NCBI GenBank assembly: GCA_964508905.1
Contig: CAZDVO010000004.1
Span: 11,956 to 75,955, forward strand
Length of the DNA stretch: 64,000 bases
Direction: 5' to 3'
Origin: an uncultured bacterium
Lineage (GTDB): Bacteria > Omnitrophota > Omnitrophia > Omnitrophales > Aquincolibacteriaceae
A program made the position numbers and the translations under genes. The stretch's first letter is position 1. Each line of letters opens with the position of its first letter. This document shows positions 1-9,593 of this stretch, piece after piece. The notes under the pieces were generated by a model. The model made no database searches. It was not told where the DNA came from and saw only the letters and a program-made list of their open reading frames with translations.

Positions 1-310
1 GGATGGTCCCCGACTGAGGACGGATCCCCGGAAGGGTCTCGTCAAAGATCTCACCGGGGGTCCCCTGGGAAGCGACTTTCTGGCGAAGCTCGGCGACCGA
101 GGACTCCAGCCATTGCTTGACCCGGTTCAATTCCGCGCCAACGGACTTCTTTTCTTCGGAGGAAACGGATCCCAGACCTTTGAAAAGCTCCGTCAGCTTC
201 CCCTTTTTCCCGAGATAAGACACACGAAATATCTCGACCTTTTCCGCCGAATCGATCTTGGCAAGGTCTTCGCGAGCTTCTTTCTCAACGAGGTTGATAG
301 AATCTTTCAT
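1..310 (-). CDS. pheS: Phenylalanyl-tRNA synthetase alpha subunit, N-terminal part (runs off the window start)
   Basis: Reverse-strand ATG at 310..308 opens 'MKDSINLVEKEAREDLAKIDSAEKVEIFRVSYLGKKGKLTELFKGLG...', typical of the PheS N-terminus; it follows rplT as in the canonical infC-rpmI-rplT-pheS operon. It is absent from the ORF track because the window truncates it. Confidence 0.65.
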   Translation of the reverse strand, partial: MKDSINLVEKEAREDLAKIDSAEKVEIFRVSYLGKKGKLTELFKGLGSVSSEEKKSVGAELNRVKQWLESSVAELRQKVASQGTPGEIFDETLPGIRPQSGTI

Positions 311-385
311 GAGTGGCGATCCTGTTGCAAAAACAACGCCCGGTGCCGGCGCGAGGCCAACACCGGGCGAAACGATCTCGGTCTT

Positions 386-745
386 TTACGCTTTTTTGAC
401 GTTCTTCACAAGAGCGACAAGCTCCTGGAACGTCTTTTCATCGCGAGCCGCGATCTCGGCAAGCGACTTGCGGTTCAACTTGATCTTGGACTTGTTCAGC
501 GCATCGATGAACCGGGAATACGACATCCCTCCGGCGCGGCACGCCGCGTTGATACGGGCATTCCACAGAGCGCGGAAATGGCGCTTCCTCTGCTTCCGGT
601 CACGGGTGGCGAAGGCCATCGCGCGCGCGACGGTCTCTTTCGCTGTACGAAGAAGCTTCCCGCGGCCGCCGACAAAGCCCTTGGCTCGCTTGAAGATCTT
701 CTTCTTTCGTTTACGTGTGGCTACGGTATGTGTTGACCTTGGCAT
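386..745 (-). CDS. rplT: 50S ribosomal protein L20
   Basis: 119-aa basic protein 'MPRSTHTVATRKRKKKIFKRAKGFVGGRGKLLRTAKE...' fits the L20 family; operon context with rpmI and infC. Confidence 0.95.
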   Translation of the reverse strand: MPRSTHTVATRKRKKKIFKRAKGFVGGRGKLLRTAKETVARAMAFATRDRKQRKRHFRALWNARINAACRAGGMSYSRFIDALNKSKIKLNRKSLAEIAARDEKTFQELVALVKNVKKA

Positions 746-785
746 AAATCACTCCCTTGTTAAATCGTTCGGATACTTATTAAGA

Positions 786-986
786 TCAGCTGTCGTACGG
801 CATGCAAAGCTTGATCGCGCCGACGTACATCTTTTCGACCTGGAGCCCGCGGCGAAGCTGACGCTTCTTCTTGGGGCTACGATCGGTCATCATGTGACGG
901 CGGAGGGTCTTGCTGGCAAGAACCTTGCCGTTCTTCGTGATGCGATAGCGCTTTTTCATGGCCTTTTTCGTCTTCAATTTCGGCAT
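786..986 (-). CDS. rpmI: 50S ribosomal protein L35
   Basis: 66-aa protein 'MPKLKTKKAMKKRYRITKNGKVL...' is the L35 signature; lies between infC and rplT. Confidence 0.93.
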   Translation of the reverse strand: MPKLKTKKAMKKRYRITKNGKVLASKTLRRHMMTDRSPKKKRQLRRGLQVEKMYVGAIKLCMPYDS

Positions 987-997
987 AACATTTTCCT

Positions 998-1597
998 CTA
1001 TTCTGTCTTCGCCGGCGGAACACTGGGATTTGCCGGAGCTGTTGATGATGAAACCGGTACGGCTTCTTTCTTTTTCACGGGGGCAGTTTTGGTCAAGTAA
1101 AGCATGATCGCCTTCCCTTCCAACCCGTCATTACGCTCGACCATCGCGACATCCGCGAGGTCCTGCACAAACCGAGCCACAAGTTTCCGTCCCTTGTCCA
1201 CATAGACGATCTCACGTCCTCGGAAAAACACGACCAACTTGACCTTGTCCCCGCGCTCGATGAACCGGCGGGCGTTCCGCAGCTTGGTCTGATAATCGTT
1301 CTCATCGATCTTCGTCGTCATCTTGACTTCTTTGATGTCGATCGTCTTTTGTTTCTTGCGGGATTCCTTTTCCTTCTTTTCGAGGGAATAAAGGTATTTC
1401 CCGAGATCCATGATACGGCAAACCGGCGGCACGGTCGTTCCCGCGACTTCCACGAGATCCAACCCCGCTTCCTGCGCTTTCAGCAGGCCTTCCTGCGACG
1501 TCACAATGCCAAATTGTTCTCCGGCAGCTCCGATCAAGCGGATCTGCGGCGAGCGAATACGCTCATTGGCCCGAACTTTTTGTGGACTGAGTGACAA
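998..1597 (-). CDS. infC: Translation initiation factor IF-3
   Basis: 'RLIGAAGEQFGIVTSQEGLLKAQEAGLDLVEV...' and 'KEVKMTTKIDENDYQTKLRNARRFIERGDKVKLVVFFRGRE' match the IF3 N and C domains. The true start may be a non-ATG codon. Confidence 0.92.
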   Translation of the reverse strand: MSLSPQKVRANERIRSPQIRLIGAAGEQFGIVTSQEGLLKAQEAGLDLVEVAGTTVPPVCRIMDLGKYLYSLEKKEKESRKKQKTIDIKEVKMTTKIDENDYQTKLRNARRFIERGDKVKLVVFFRGREIVYVDKGRKLVARFVQDLADVAMVERNDGLEGKAIMLYLTKTAPVKKKEAVPVSSSTAPANPSVPPAKTE

Positions 1598-1618
1598 TGA
1601 TCCTCCTTGTGGTTAAAG

Positions 1619-3346
1619 TTACTTCTTTTGCGCGATCTCTTGCTTGATCCGTCCGGTGATCGCGTCCACGGCCTGGGCTCCCAGGTCCTGACGCCCGCGC
1701 ATACGCACCGCGACTTGCTGGGCTTCCATCTCTTTATCGCCGACGATAAAAACGTAAGGGATCTTCTGCATCTCCGCCTCGCGGATCTTGTAGCCGATCT
1801 TTTCGGTACGAAGATCTGTTTCGACGCGAAGCCCTTCTTTCTTAAGGCGTTCCGCTAATTCCGAGGCGTACGCGTTATGGCGCTCCGCGATCGTCGCGAT
1901 ACGGACCTGGACGGGCGAAAGCCACACGGGAAACGCTCCCGCATAATGCTCGATCAGGATCCCCACGAACCGTTCAAGGCTTCCGAAGATCGCCCGATGC
2001 AGCATGATCACGCGGTGCTCCCGGCCGTCTTCCCCCACATAATTCATATCAAAGCGTTCGGGAAGGCTCATATCCAACTGAATGGTCCCGCACTGAAGCG
2101 TCCGTCCGATCGCGTCCTTCAAATGGAAGTCGATCTTGGGGCCGTAAAAAGCGCCGTCCCCCTCGTTGACCTTGTAGTCGATCTTCAGTTCTTCCAGAGC
2201 TTGGCGTAGACCGTTCGTCGCGATCTCCCACTGCTCATCGCTCCCCAGCGACTTGGCGGGGCGCGTCGAAAGTTCCACATGATAATCAAAATCAAAGGTT
2301 TTGTATACCTCATCCGTAAAGCGAATGATCTCAACCACGCTTGCTTGCAACGCCTCAGGCGTTGTGAAGACGTGCGCATCGTCCTGCGTGAAGCCGCGAA
2401 CGCGGAAAAGCCCCGCCAACACGCCGGAGCGCTCATACCGGTGCACCTTACCGAACTCCGCGACCTTCATCGGCAATTCCCGATAAGAATGTTTCTCTTC
2501 CTTGTACATCAACATGCCGCCGGGACAATTCATCGGCTTCAGGGCATACACTTCCTCTTCCCGCTCGAGAAAGAACATATTCTCGCGGTAATTATCCCAA
2601 TGTCCGGAGGTGCGCCAAAGTTTGTCGCGAAGGATCGTCGGCGTTTCGATCTCGACGTAGCCGAACGCCGCCAACTTCTCACGCATAAAAGCGATCAAAA
2701 GATTCTTGAGGACGAGCCCCTTCGGTTTCCAGAACGGAAGCCCCGGGCCCTCCTCGTGGAAGCTGAAAAGCCCCAACTGTTTACCCACCTTGCGATGATC
2801 GCGTTTTTGGGCCTCCTCCCGCTGGGTCACATACGCGTCCAACTCCTTCTGCGACGGGAACGCGGTCCCATAGATGCGCTGGAGCATCGGGTTCTTCTCA
2901 TTCCCCCGCCAATAAGCGCCGGCGACGGAAAGCAATTTGAAAGCCTTCAGTTCCTGGGTGTTTTCGATATGTCCGCCTTCGCAGAGGTCGGTAAAAGGGC
3001 CATTCTGGACGAAATTAACCGAATCGCCTTCGATCCCGTCGATGATCTCGAGCTTGTACACCTCGCCTTTTTCCTGAAAAAACTTGCGGGCTTCGGCCTT
3101 ACTCACCGCCCAGTGTTTGAACGGCTGGCGCTCCTTGACGATCTCGCGCATCCGCGCTTCGATCTTGGGAAGATCTTCGTCCTGGAAAGCGACCTTGGAG
3201 TCAAAATCGTAGTAAAAGCCCTCATCGATCACGGGACCGATCGCGAGCTTGGTTCCTGGATACAGATCAAGGACAGCTTGAGCGAGGATATGTGATGCGG
3301 AGTGCCGCAACCGGTAAAGCGGTTCGTACTGCTTGGCGTCTGACAT
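1619..3346 (-). CDS. thrS: Threonyl-tRNA synthetase
   Basis: 575 aa with class II aaRS motifs and an anticodon-binding C-terminus ('LRHSASHILAQAV', 'FTQDDAHVF'); located upstream of infC. Confidence 0.95.
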   Translation of the reverse strand: MSDAKQYEPLYRLRHSASHILAQAVLDLYPGTKLAIGPVIDEGFYYDFDSKVAFQDEDLPKIEARMREIVKERQPFKHWAVSKAEARKFFQEKGEVYKLEIIDGIEGDSVNFVQNGPFTDLCEGGHIENTQELKAFKLLSVAGAYWRGNEKNPMLQRIYGTAFPSQKELDAYVTQREEAQKRDHRKVGKQLGLFSFHEEGPGLPFWKPKGLVLKNLLIAFMREKLAAFGYVEIETPTILRDKLWRTSGHWDNYRENMFFLEREEEVYALKPMNCPGGMLMYKEEKHSYRELPMKVAEFGKVHRYERSGVLAGLFRVRGFTQDDAHVFTTPEALQASVVEIIRFTDEVYKTFDFDYHVELSTRPAKSLGSDEQWEIATNGLRQALEELKIDYKVNEGDGAFYGPKIDFHLKDAIGRTLQCGTIQLDMSLPERFDMNYVGEDGREHRVIMLHRAIFGSLERFVGILIEHYAGAFPVWLSPVQVRIATIAERHNAYASELAERLKKEGLRVETDLRTEKIGYKIREAEMQKIPYVFIVGDKEMEAQQVAVRMRGRQDLGAQAVDAITGRIKQEIAQKK

Positions 3347-3515
3347 ACTAATTTATTCTATGGCCGCACGGCGTCGAGGCAGGCAACTGACCGACAAAAA
3401 CGCTTGAGACCGATAAGATTCCCCCATTGATTTTAAAAGAGTGCGTATTGTACCCGCCCTTTGAAAAAGCCGCAACCCTTTTCCTAACCCCTTGTCACGG
3501 CTCCAATTACATCCG

Positions 3516-3998
3516 TCAAAGGCGCTCCCCATCCCAGGATTCCGATGAGAGCGCGTTACGCCGAAGCCTCATGTGGTGACGTTTGATGACGAGAACAGCA
3601 AAAACAAGCTGGCTATAAACAGCCACTCCGATCGTCGCATAGAGACCATCCAAAAAAACCGTCACAAGACGCGCGGATCTCCCGGGAACAAAACTCTGCC
3701 GCCATTCGTCGAAAGCGGCAAAAGCCACGATCAACCCCACGGAAAGCAACGCGAGCTTCCAAACATTGAGCCGGATCCGAAGATGCGCAAAGGCCCGCGC
3801 CAGAAGGATACCAAAAACAGAGTACTCGATCAGATGCCCGATCTCATGTATTAGAAAGAGGTTGGGGATATACCGTCCCGGAATAGACGACATTAAAAAA
3901 ATAGCGACCATCCACAGGATCGGCGGAAATCCAAAGATCCAGAACCGTTTTTTCCATTTCTCCATGAAAGCGCCTTTGCCCGCGGGAAGTATTTTCAA
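3516..3998 (-). CDS. VanZ-like integral membrane protein
   Basis: 160 aa with four predicted TM helices and a 'FDEWRQSFVPGRS' motif reminiscent of the VanZ family. The start may be the internal Met at ~3965. Confidence 0.45.
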   Translation of the reverse strand: MKILPAGKGAFMEKWKKRFWIFGFPPILWMVAIFLMSSIPGRYIPNLFLIHEIGHLIEYSVFGILLARAFAHLRIRLNVWKLALLSVGLIVAFAAFDEWRQSFVPGRSARLVTVFLDGLYATIGVAVYSQLVFAVLVIKRHHMRLRRNALSSESWDGERL

Positions 3999-4006
3999 GA
4001 AAACAT

Positions 4007-4080
4007 GGGCCCGACAGGATTCGAACCTGTGACCCCTACCATGTCAAGGTAGTGCTCTAACCAACTGAGCTACGAGCCCA
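4007..4080 (-). tRNA. tRNA-Val (anticodon GAC)
   Basis: Reverse complement reads GGGCTCGTAGCTCAGTTGGTTAGAGCACTACCTTGACATGGTAGGGGTCACAGGTTCGAATCCTGTCGGGCCCA. It has a 7-bp acceptor stem, D-loop AGCTCAGTTGGTTAGAGC, anticodon loop CTTGACATG (GAC) and T-arm GGTTCGAATCC. CCA is not encoded. Confidence 0.85.
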
Positions 4081-4152
4081 TGAAGTGTTCGGAGGGACGC
4101 ACATCATAAGCTTTCGTTCTTTGGAATTCAACGAAAAACATGAGGTGTCTTG

Positions 4153-4608
4153 TTAAAGACGGAGAATGCGGGTCGAGCGGTCCTGCGTATCTCTCAGCGT
4201 TACGGAATCCGGCGTGATCTTTTCAACTTCCAACGTCCCGATCTTGCCTTTCAGCTCAAGCATCTTGCCATTAATGATCGCGAAAGGCTGCGCCGGATTA
4301 TAGATGATTCCTTCCAGCGTATAGTTGTCCCCCGTCGAACGGATCACCGGGACACTCGTCTTTTCCACAAGCGGGCCTTCGTACAACTTCATCACCGGCT
4401 TCATGGCCTGAGGTGCCCCAACAATAAAAAAAAGAACCAAGGCGAACGAAACAACGATGGCGACAGCCCATAAGATCCTTTTCCAGCGGATCGTTTTCGT
4501 GGGAACGGATTTTTCGCTCGAAGCGACGGGGGCATTGGGAGCGGAAGGAACAGCTGAAGGCTCTTTCTTGTCCCGGATCTGTTTTAAATAATCATACACA
4601 ATACTCAT
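4153..4608 (-). CDS. GspB/ExeB-like secretin-assembly accessory protein (single TM)
   Basis: 151 aa with one TM helix (WKRILWAVAIVVSFALVLFFIV) and a periplasmic C-terminus; translationally coupled (4-nt overlap) to the ExeA-like ATPase upstream. Confidence 0.4.
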   Translation of the reverse strand: MSIVYDYLKQIRDKKEPSAVPSAPNAPVASSEKSVPTKTIRWKRILWAVAIVVSFALVLFFIVGAPQAMKPVMKLYEGPLVEKTSVPVIRSTGDNYTLEGIIYNPAQPFAIINGKMLELKGKIGTLEVEKITPDSVTLRDTQDRSTRILRL

Positions 4609-5408
4609 CGGATCTCTTCCATCGCGGCGATAAAGATCTCAGGGCTCAAAGACTTTTCCTTTCTAACAAAGCCGAGCAACAAAGCTCGATCGCAGAGCAG
4701 ATTCACCAGCCTCGGTATCCCTTTCGAAAACTCATGGATCATCCGATACCCTTGCTCAGAGATCGTCACTCCGGAAGAGCCGGACTGTTCAAGGCGAAAA
4801 TCAACATACGCCTTCACATCTGAGAACTCCAGGGGGCGCAATTCATACTTCACGGCCACTCGCTGGTAGATCTGTCTAAGCTCGAACCGCTGAAGGCTCA
4901 CCTTCAGTTCCGGCTGGCCCACCAGCACGATCTGCAGGAGCTTTCCATGTTTCGTTTCGAGATTCGAAAGAAGCCGTATCTGCTCCAACTGTCGGGGTTT
5001 CAGATTTTGAGCCTCATCGATGATCAGCACCGCGTTCCCCTGATTCAAACTCAGGTCGATCAAAAAGGCGTTCAGCTTTTTGACGATATCAAGACGCGTC
5101 TTCTTCTCTGGTTCCAGGCCAAAATCCTCCACGATCGCCTGCAGCAGCTGGATATCGCTAAAATAGGGGTTCAGAATCAGCGAGGTGCGGACGCTCGAAG
5201 GCAACCGGCCCAACAGAGCATTACAAAGCGTCGTCTTGCCCGTCCCAACCTCTCCGGTGATCAAAATAAGCCCTTTGCGCTCTTCGATACCATACAGCAA
5301 AGAAGCCAAAGCCTCCTGGTGGGAACCGCTCTCATAGAAAAGTTCGGCGTCCGTGGTGATATTGAAAGGCTGGGTTTTAAAACCGTAGAATTCCTGAAGC
5401 GCCGTCAT
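4605..5408 (-). CDS. ExeA/GspA-like AAA+ ATPase
   Basis: Walker A 'GEVGTGKTT' and Walker B 'LIIDEAQNL'; the ExeA-family layout sits next to the secretin gene. Confidence 0.7.
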   Translation of the reverse strand: MTALQEFYGFKTQPFNITTDAELFYESGSHQEALASLLYGIEERKGLILITGEVGTGKTTLCNALLGRLPSSVRTSLILNPYFSDIQLLQAIVEDFGLEPEKKTRLDIVKKLNAFLIDLSLNQGNAVLIIDEAQNLKPRQLEQIRLLSNLETKHGKLLQIVLVGQPELKVSLQRFELRQIYQRVAVKYELRPLEFSDVKAYVDFRLEQSGSSGVTISEQGYRMIHEFSKGIPRLVNLLCDRALLLGFVRKEKSLSPEIFIAAMEEIR

Positions 5409-6955
5409 ATTTTGGCTTTCGCATCGATCTTCGTACGATCCAGCACATCCGAAGGCAGAACCGTCGAAGGCTTCACGATCTTCACGGTCAAAAAGATCAA
5501 AAGATCCGTCTTGGCGGAATTCTTCGTGTCCCGATCGAAAATCTTGCCGAGATACGGAATAGCACTTAAAAAGGGAACGCCTGCCAGATCTTTAGTCTTA
5601 GAATCGCTCAAAAGTCCGCCCATGACAACAGTCTCGCCGTCGTTCACCACCATTTGGGCTTCGGCCTCTCGCGTATCAATGATCGGGTATGACGCAATAA
5701 TAGTTGTATTGCTAGACCCATTAATATCGACCGTACCCGACTGGCTGGAAACAGTAGGATGGACGATCAGATTGACCATATCCTCATTTTCCCCGCATAT
5801 CTGAGGCACCACGCGAAGTTGGATCCCAATATTCTGGTAATAATCCAGATTCCCTCCCACCACATAGTCGGAGGTGGTCGTACTGGAATCCGTCCCAATG
5901 ATCGGATACTGCTGACCGACCAGGATCGAGGCTTCCCGGTTATCCATGGTAAGGATCGTAGGCGTTGACAACGTGTTGGTATCTTCATCCTCTTGCAAAG
6001 CATGGAGAACAACCTCGAACTTGGTTCCTGTCACTTTCGAAAAATTAAACTCGAACCCCGAAGTGGCAGTGCTCATGTCGGTCGTAGGCGGAGTAAAACC
6101 GCTGGGCGTCGTTGGAAAACGGCTCCCCAGACCAGACGTGAAGGTTTTACCAAAGATCGAATCGCTTCCAGGAAGCGTTGTGGGAGACCCCCAATCCAAT
6201 CCCAGATCAAAAACTTTATTCTGATTCACTTCCAAAAGGATCGCTCGGATCAATATTTGTTTTGGCGCAATATCGACTTCTTCGAGAAGCTTTGCGATTT
6301 GACGGACCACACCGGGCGTATCCGAGACAGCCAACATCTTTGTTCGGGTCATTCTCGTTGTGGTTTGCGGCTGGATTGGCTGATTGTAATTCCCCCCAGT
6401 CGAGGAACCATCCCCCACACTGATCAGTCCACTGGTCGAAGCCGAAAAACCCCAACCAAGCTTGTTCACGGCGTCCAAGACAGAGACTTTTCCCTCTTTC
6501 GTAAGAAACGGCTGTATCAATTTCGCGGCATCCGCCGCCTCGATATGTTTCAGTTTAAAGGCCTCGATCTTCATTCCTCCGGAGGCAAAAAGAGCATCGT
6601 CTTCTTTTTTCTGGTCTTCCTGGATCTTGGTCAGCGAAGAAACGGTCAGGATATTCCCGTCCTGAAGATAGCCAAGGTCATTCATTTTAAGAATGACCTT
6701 GAAGGCGGTTTTCCAATCAACATTCTCAAGGTCGACGGTCACCAGGCCGAACACCTCGGGCGTCGTCACGACCGTGATCTTTTTCCCTTCAAGTTCCGCT
6801 TTCTTTTCGATCGCCTTGAGCACCGTCGCGATCTCGGTGTCCTTGAACTTCAGACTGCTGACCGCGGCGGGGGCCGCCCAAACGGACACGGACAGGCTCA
6901 TGATCACAAGCCACATTCCGAAAATGACTCTCGCCTTCATGAGACCTCCCCTCAC
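5405..6955 (-). CDS. pilQ: Type IV pilus / type II secretion secretin (PilQ/GspD family)
   Basis: 516 aa with a signal peptide, N-domains and a C-terminal secretin region ('NTLSTPTILTMDNREASILVGQQYPI', 'GGLLSDSKTKDLAGVPFLSAIPYLGKIF'). Confidence 0.85.
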   Translation of the reverse strand: MRGGLMKARVIFGMWLVIMSLSVSVWAAPAAVSSLKFKDTEIATVLKAIEKKAELEGKKITVVTTPEVFGLVTVDLENVDWKTAFKVILKMNDLGYLQDGNILTVSSLTKIQEDQKKEDDALFASGGMKIEAFKLKHIEAADAAKLIQPFLTKEGKVSVLDAVNKLGWGFSASTSGLISVGDGSSTGGNYNQPIQPQTTTRMTRTKMLAVSDTPGVVRQIAKLLEEVDIAPKQILIRAILLEVNQNKVFDLGLDWGSPTTLPGSDSIFGKTFTSGLGSRFPTTPSGFTPPTTDMSTATSGFEFNFSKVTGTKFEVVLHALQEDEDTNTLSTPTILTMDNREASILVGQQYPIIGTDSSTTTSDYVVGGNLDYYQNIGIQLRVVPQICGENEDMVNLIVHPTVSSQSGTVDINGSSNTTIIASYPIIDTREAEAQMVVNDGETVVMGGLLSDSKTKDLAGVPFLSAIPYLGKIFDRDTKNSAKTDLLIFLTVKIVKPSTVLPSDVLDRTKIDAKAKI

Positions 6956-7419
6956 CCCTGTTTTAAACGAAGTTCAAATTGCCCGCGAAGATCCTGCAAT
7001 ACCACACTCGATTCGCTGATCGAAACGACCTTACACTGATCGATCGCGTCCCCCACGCCAAGGAATTGCCCCTCGATCACCGCCACAGGCTTCCCCTGGT
7101 TCCAAAGGATCCCTGTCAGATCGAGATCGTCCCGAGCGCCCGACGTTCCGATCCCGGAAAACGTAAAAGGGTCGCGCTGGAACGGCAGAGCATCCGCCAC
7201 GCTATTCAACCTCACAAAGAAAGTATCGTCCTTCATGGGAATTACCTTGATGGCATCTCCCTCGAGAGAAACCGGAGCGGACGCTCCGGGTGCCACCGTA
7301 GACTTCGAAGCCTTTTCCCAAGGAGCCTGGCGGACCAGCGACATCGACGCAAAGACCAACGCGACACTCAGGACGCCGATCACTCCCAACTCAACCATTG
7401 TTTTTTTCTTCATCATCAC
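6952..7419 (-). CDS. pilP: PilP-like pilus assembly lipoprotein
   Basis: 155 aa with an N-terminal signal/TM and a C-terminal beta domain ('PVAVIEGQFLGVGDAIDQCKVVSISESSVVL'); position between pilO and pilQ; 4-nt overlaps on both sides. Confidence 0.55.
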   Translation of the reverse strand: MMMKKKTMVELGVIGVLSVALVFASMSLVRQAPWEKASKSTVAPGASAPVSLEGDAIKVIPMKDDTFFVRLNSVADALPFQRDPFTFSGIGTSGARDDLDLTGILWNQGKPVAVIEGQFLGVGDAIDQCKVVSISESSVVLQDLRGQFELRLKQG

Positions 7420-8021
7420 TCCAGAATATACAGAACGAGCCCCAAGGTCCCTGAAAGTTTCGGAACCGTAGTAACCCCGTTATGGATCTCAAGGTCCTCG
7501 ATCACAGGATACGCGGGCAGGACCTTGCGAAGCGTCTCAATATATTTGACCAGATTTTGGTATTCCCCCTTGAAATTGATGCGGACACGAACGCCTTTAC
7601 ATGTACGGCCTTCGACCGAAACAGGCTTGCCCCGCGGGTCGATGACCTTTTCAGGACTCCCCGCCTGAACCTGTTCGACCCGGACCTGGAATTTATGAGC
7701 ATATTCCGTGATCGCCAGGAGCGATTTCTGTTCGGCATCCGGGAACCTCCAGCTTAAAGCCCGCGCGCTTCCGGCAAAGTGATCAAACACCTGCTGGGGG
7801 TCCGGGTATGAATCAATCACATGGGTCACCCAACGAAGATGGTCACCGAGCCGGTCCACAACCGCTTTTTCGTCCAACATCCGCTCCACGGCCGGACGGT
7901 AGATCGCGCTGACAAAGACAACGACTCCAAGAACCAAGGCGCAAAACCACGCCAGGATCATGATCTGGGCCGGGGTTATGTTTTTTTTCTGGACGTTAAT
8001 CATGGCTGAACACCCCCTCAA
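7416..8021 (-). CDS. pilO: PilO-like pilus assembly protein
   Basis: 201 aa with a single N-terminal TM followed by a periplasmic domain; position between pilMN and pilP. Confidence 0.55.
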   Translation of the reverse strand: MRGCSAMINVQKKNITPAQIMILAWFCALVLGVVVFVSAIYRPAVERMLDEKAVVDRLGDHLRWVTHVIDSYPDPQQVFDHFAGSARALSWRFPDAEQKSLLAITEYAHKFQVRVEQVQAGSPEKVIDPRGKPVSVEGRTCKGVRVRINFKGEYQNLVKYIETLRKVLPAYPVIEDLEIHNGVTTVPKLSGTLGLVLYILE

Positions 8022-9579
8022 CCCGATACACCGAAACGGCGTAGCCCGAGACCGACTTCACCCGAACCGATTTAAAAAAACGAGTCTCTTTAAGACGGCG
8101 CACAAAGTCGGTTACCATCGGGTTCCCATCCTCATCAACCCCCGATGTTTCAAGCTCCAGGATCAGGGTTCGATCCGAAGAATCCAATTTCCATTCCCGT
8201 ACAGAGAGTCCCGAGGGGATCAAATGACCGATCAGGCGGAGCACTTTATCGGGAGGGACCGTCCCTTCTTCCATCATTCTTGCCAATTGAAAACGGATAA
8301 AAGGCTTTTGGGAAACCTCCGCAAACCGACCGAGGGCCTGAAGATATTTCTCCTGGATCTTCACGTGGTCCCGAAGCGAGGCGATCCGGAATTGGACCAA
8401 GAGGAACGCGATAAGGCAGATCGCTGCAACCGCCACGGACAACACGCGAAGAGAACTGCGCTGATAAGCCTCCGCCTTCCGGCATTGGATCTCAAAAGGA
8501 ATAAAATCGACACTTGCCGGTCCCCCGGGAAGGACTCCCGCTAATGCGCTCACGCACTGGCCGAGCCGGGGAGGATCATTCGTCGCGGAAGTTTCGCCCC
8601 AGCGGACGGACTCCGGCCACGGAAGATCGGAAACAGTCATGCCCAATTCCCGAGACAGATAATCACCTAGCCCACGTAGTTTCATGGCATGTCCCGTTAG
8701 AAAACACCTCTGAGGGTCGCGCATCCTGAGATTCGTCGTAAAATAGTTCGTAGAGTATCGGATCTCCCGCACTAACGTTTCCAGGAACGGCCGCAACAAG
8801 CTGAAAAATTGCGCCGCGGACCTGTCCAGACTCCCCACCGCCTGAGGATCCTTCGGGATCTGAAGCGTCTCGAGCGCCTGGTCGATCTCTTTTTCGGCGT
8901 CCGGTGTGCGAAATTTGGGGCCCAAAAAAACAGCGTCATTCAGCCCCGAACGGACCCGAGCGTAAGAGATCGAGAGCGTCCGAAGGAAAAGAAGTTTCCC
9001 TTTAAAGTAGATCGCAAGGGTCGATCCGGCATATCCCAGATCGAGGACCACCGCTGCCTCCTGGGGATCACCCAAGCCCGCAAGGACCTTCGCCGTATTG
9101 AGCGGCGCGGCGGTCACCTGCACGACTTCCAGCCCGAGTTTCGTCAGAAGCCGGATCGAAGCATCGAACAGATTCCTGTTCACGATCGAAAAAGTGACCG
9201 CCCATTTTTTCGACTCATCCGCACCCATAAACTCATAGGCGATCTCATAATTAAAAAGAAGGGTATCGTCTCCCCAAAGCCCTTCTTCCTTGGCATGCCA
9301 CTGAAGCGCGGGAACGATCTCCGAGGGAGCCATCACGGGCAGAACCGTATTGCGGAGCATGATCACCCCCGGATCCGAGAGAGTCAAAAAGACCTTGTGA
9401 TCCGTGATGCCAAAACGGTGAATAAAATCACGCAGGGATTCAGTGACGCGGACCTTAAAATCTTCGTTCGGAAGAACGGTCAGGCTCAGGTCGTGGAGGA
9501 CGGTCAGCGACTCCTTCGTCCGCTCCAGGGCAAGGACTTTAAAACGGTGTTTTCCCAATTCGATCGAAAGAAAAGGCAT
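7996..9579 (-). CDS. pilM: PilM-PilN fusion protein (actin-like ATPase domain plus TM/PilN-like C-terminal region)
   Basis: The N-terminal ~350 aa resemble PilM ('VVLDLGYAGSTLAIYFKGKLLFLRT'). Then a TM helix 'LRVLSVAVAAICLIAFLLV' and a PilN-like periplasmic segment. Confidence 0.7.
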   Translation of the reverse strand: MPFLSIELGKHRFKVLALERTKESLTVLHDLSLTVLPNEDFKVRVTESLRDFIHRFGITDHKVFLTLSDPGVIMLRNTVLPVMAPSEIVPALQWHAKEEGLWGDDTLLFNYEIAYEFMGADESKKWAVTFSIVNRNLFDASIRLLTKLGLEVVQVTAAPLNTAKVLAGLGDPQEAAVVLDLGYAGSTLAIYFKGKLLFLRTLSISYARVRSGLNDAVFLGPKFRTPDAEKEIDQALETLQIPKDPQAVGSLDRSAAQFFSLLRPFLETLVREIRYSTNYFTTNLRMRDPQRCFLTGHAMKLRGLGDYLSRELGMTVSDLPWPESVRWGETSATNDPPRLGQCVSALAGVLPGGPASVDFIPFEIQCRKAEAYQRSSLRVLSVAVAAICLIAFLLVQFRIASLRDHVKIQEKYLQALGRFAEVSQKPFIRFQLARMMEEGTVPPDKVLRLIGHLIPSGLSVREWKLDSSDRTLILELETSGVDEDGNPMVTDFVRRLKETRFFKSVRVKSVSGYAVSVYRVEGVFSHD

Positions 9580-9593
9580 CGGATTTCCAGTCG

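Noticed and set aside
113-1100. Plus-strand ORFs 113..736 and 258..1100 (207 and 280 aa)
   Set aside because: They overlap pheS, rplT and rpmI on the opposite strand. Their R/A-rich, low-complexity translations are typical of antisense shadow ORFs in GC-rich coding DNA.
2279-3295. 338-aa plus-strand ORF inside thrS
   Set aside because: It is fully antisense to a highly conserved aaRS gene and carries no recognisable motifs.
3347-3515. Possible T-box or leader element upstream of thrS
   Set aside because: No recognisable T-box sequence (AATTAGGGTGGNACCGCG-like) or specifier/antiterminator structure could be identified by eye.
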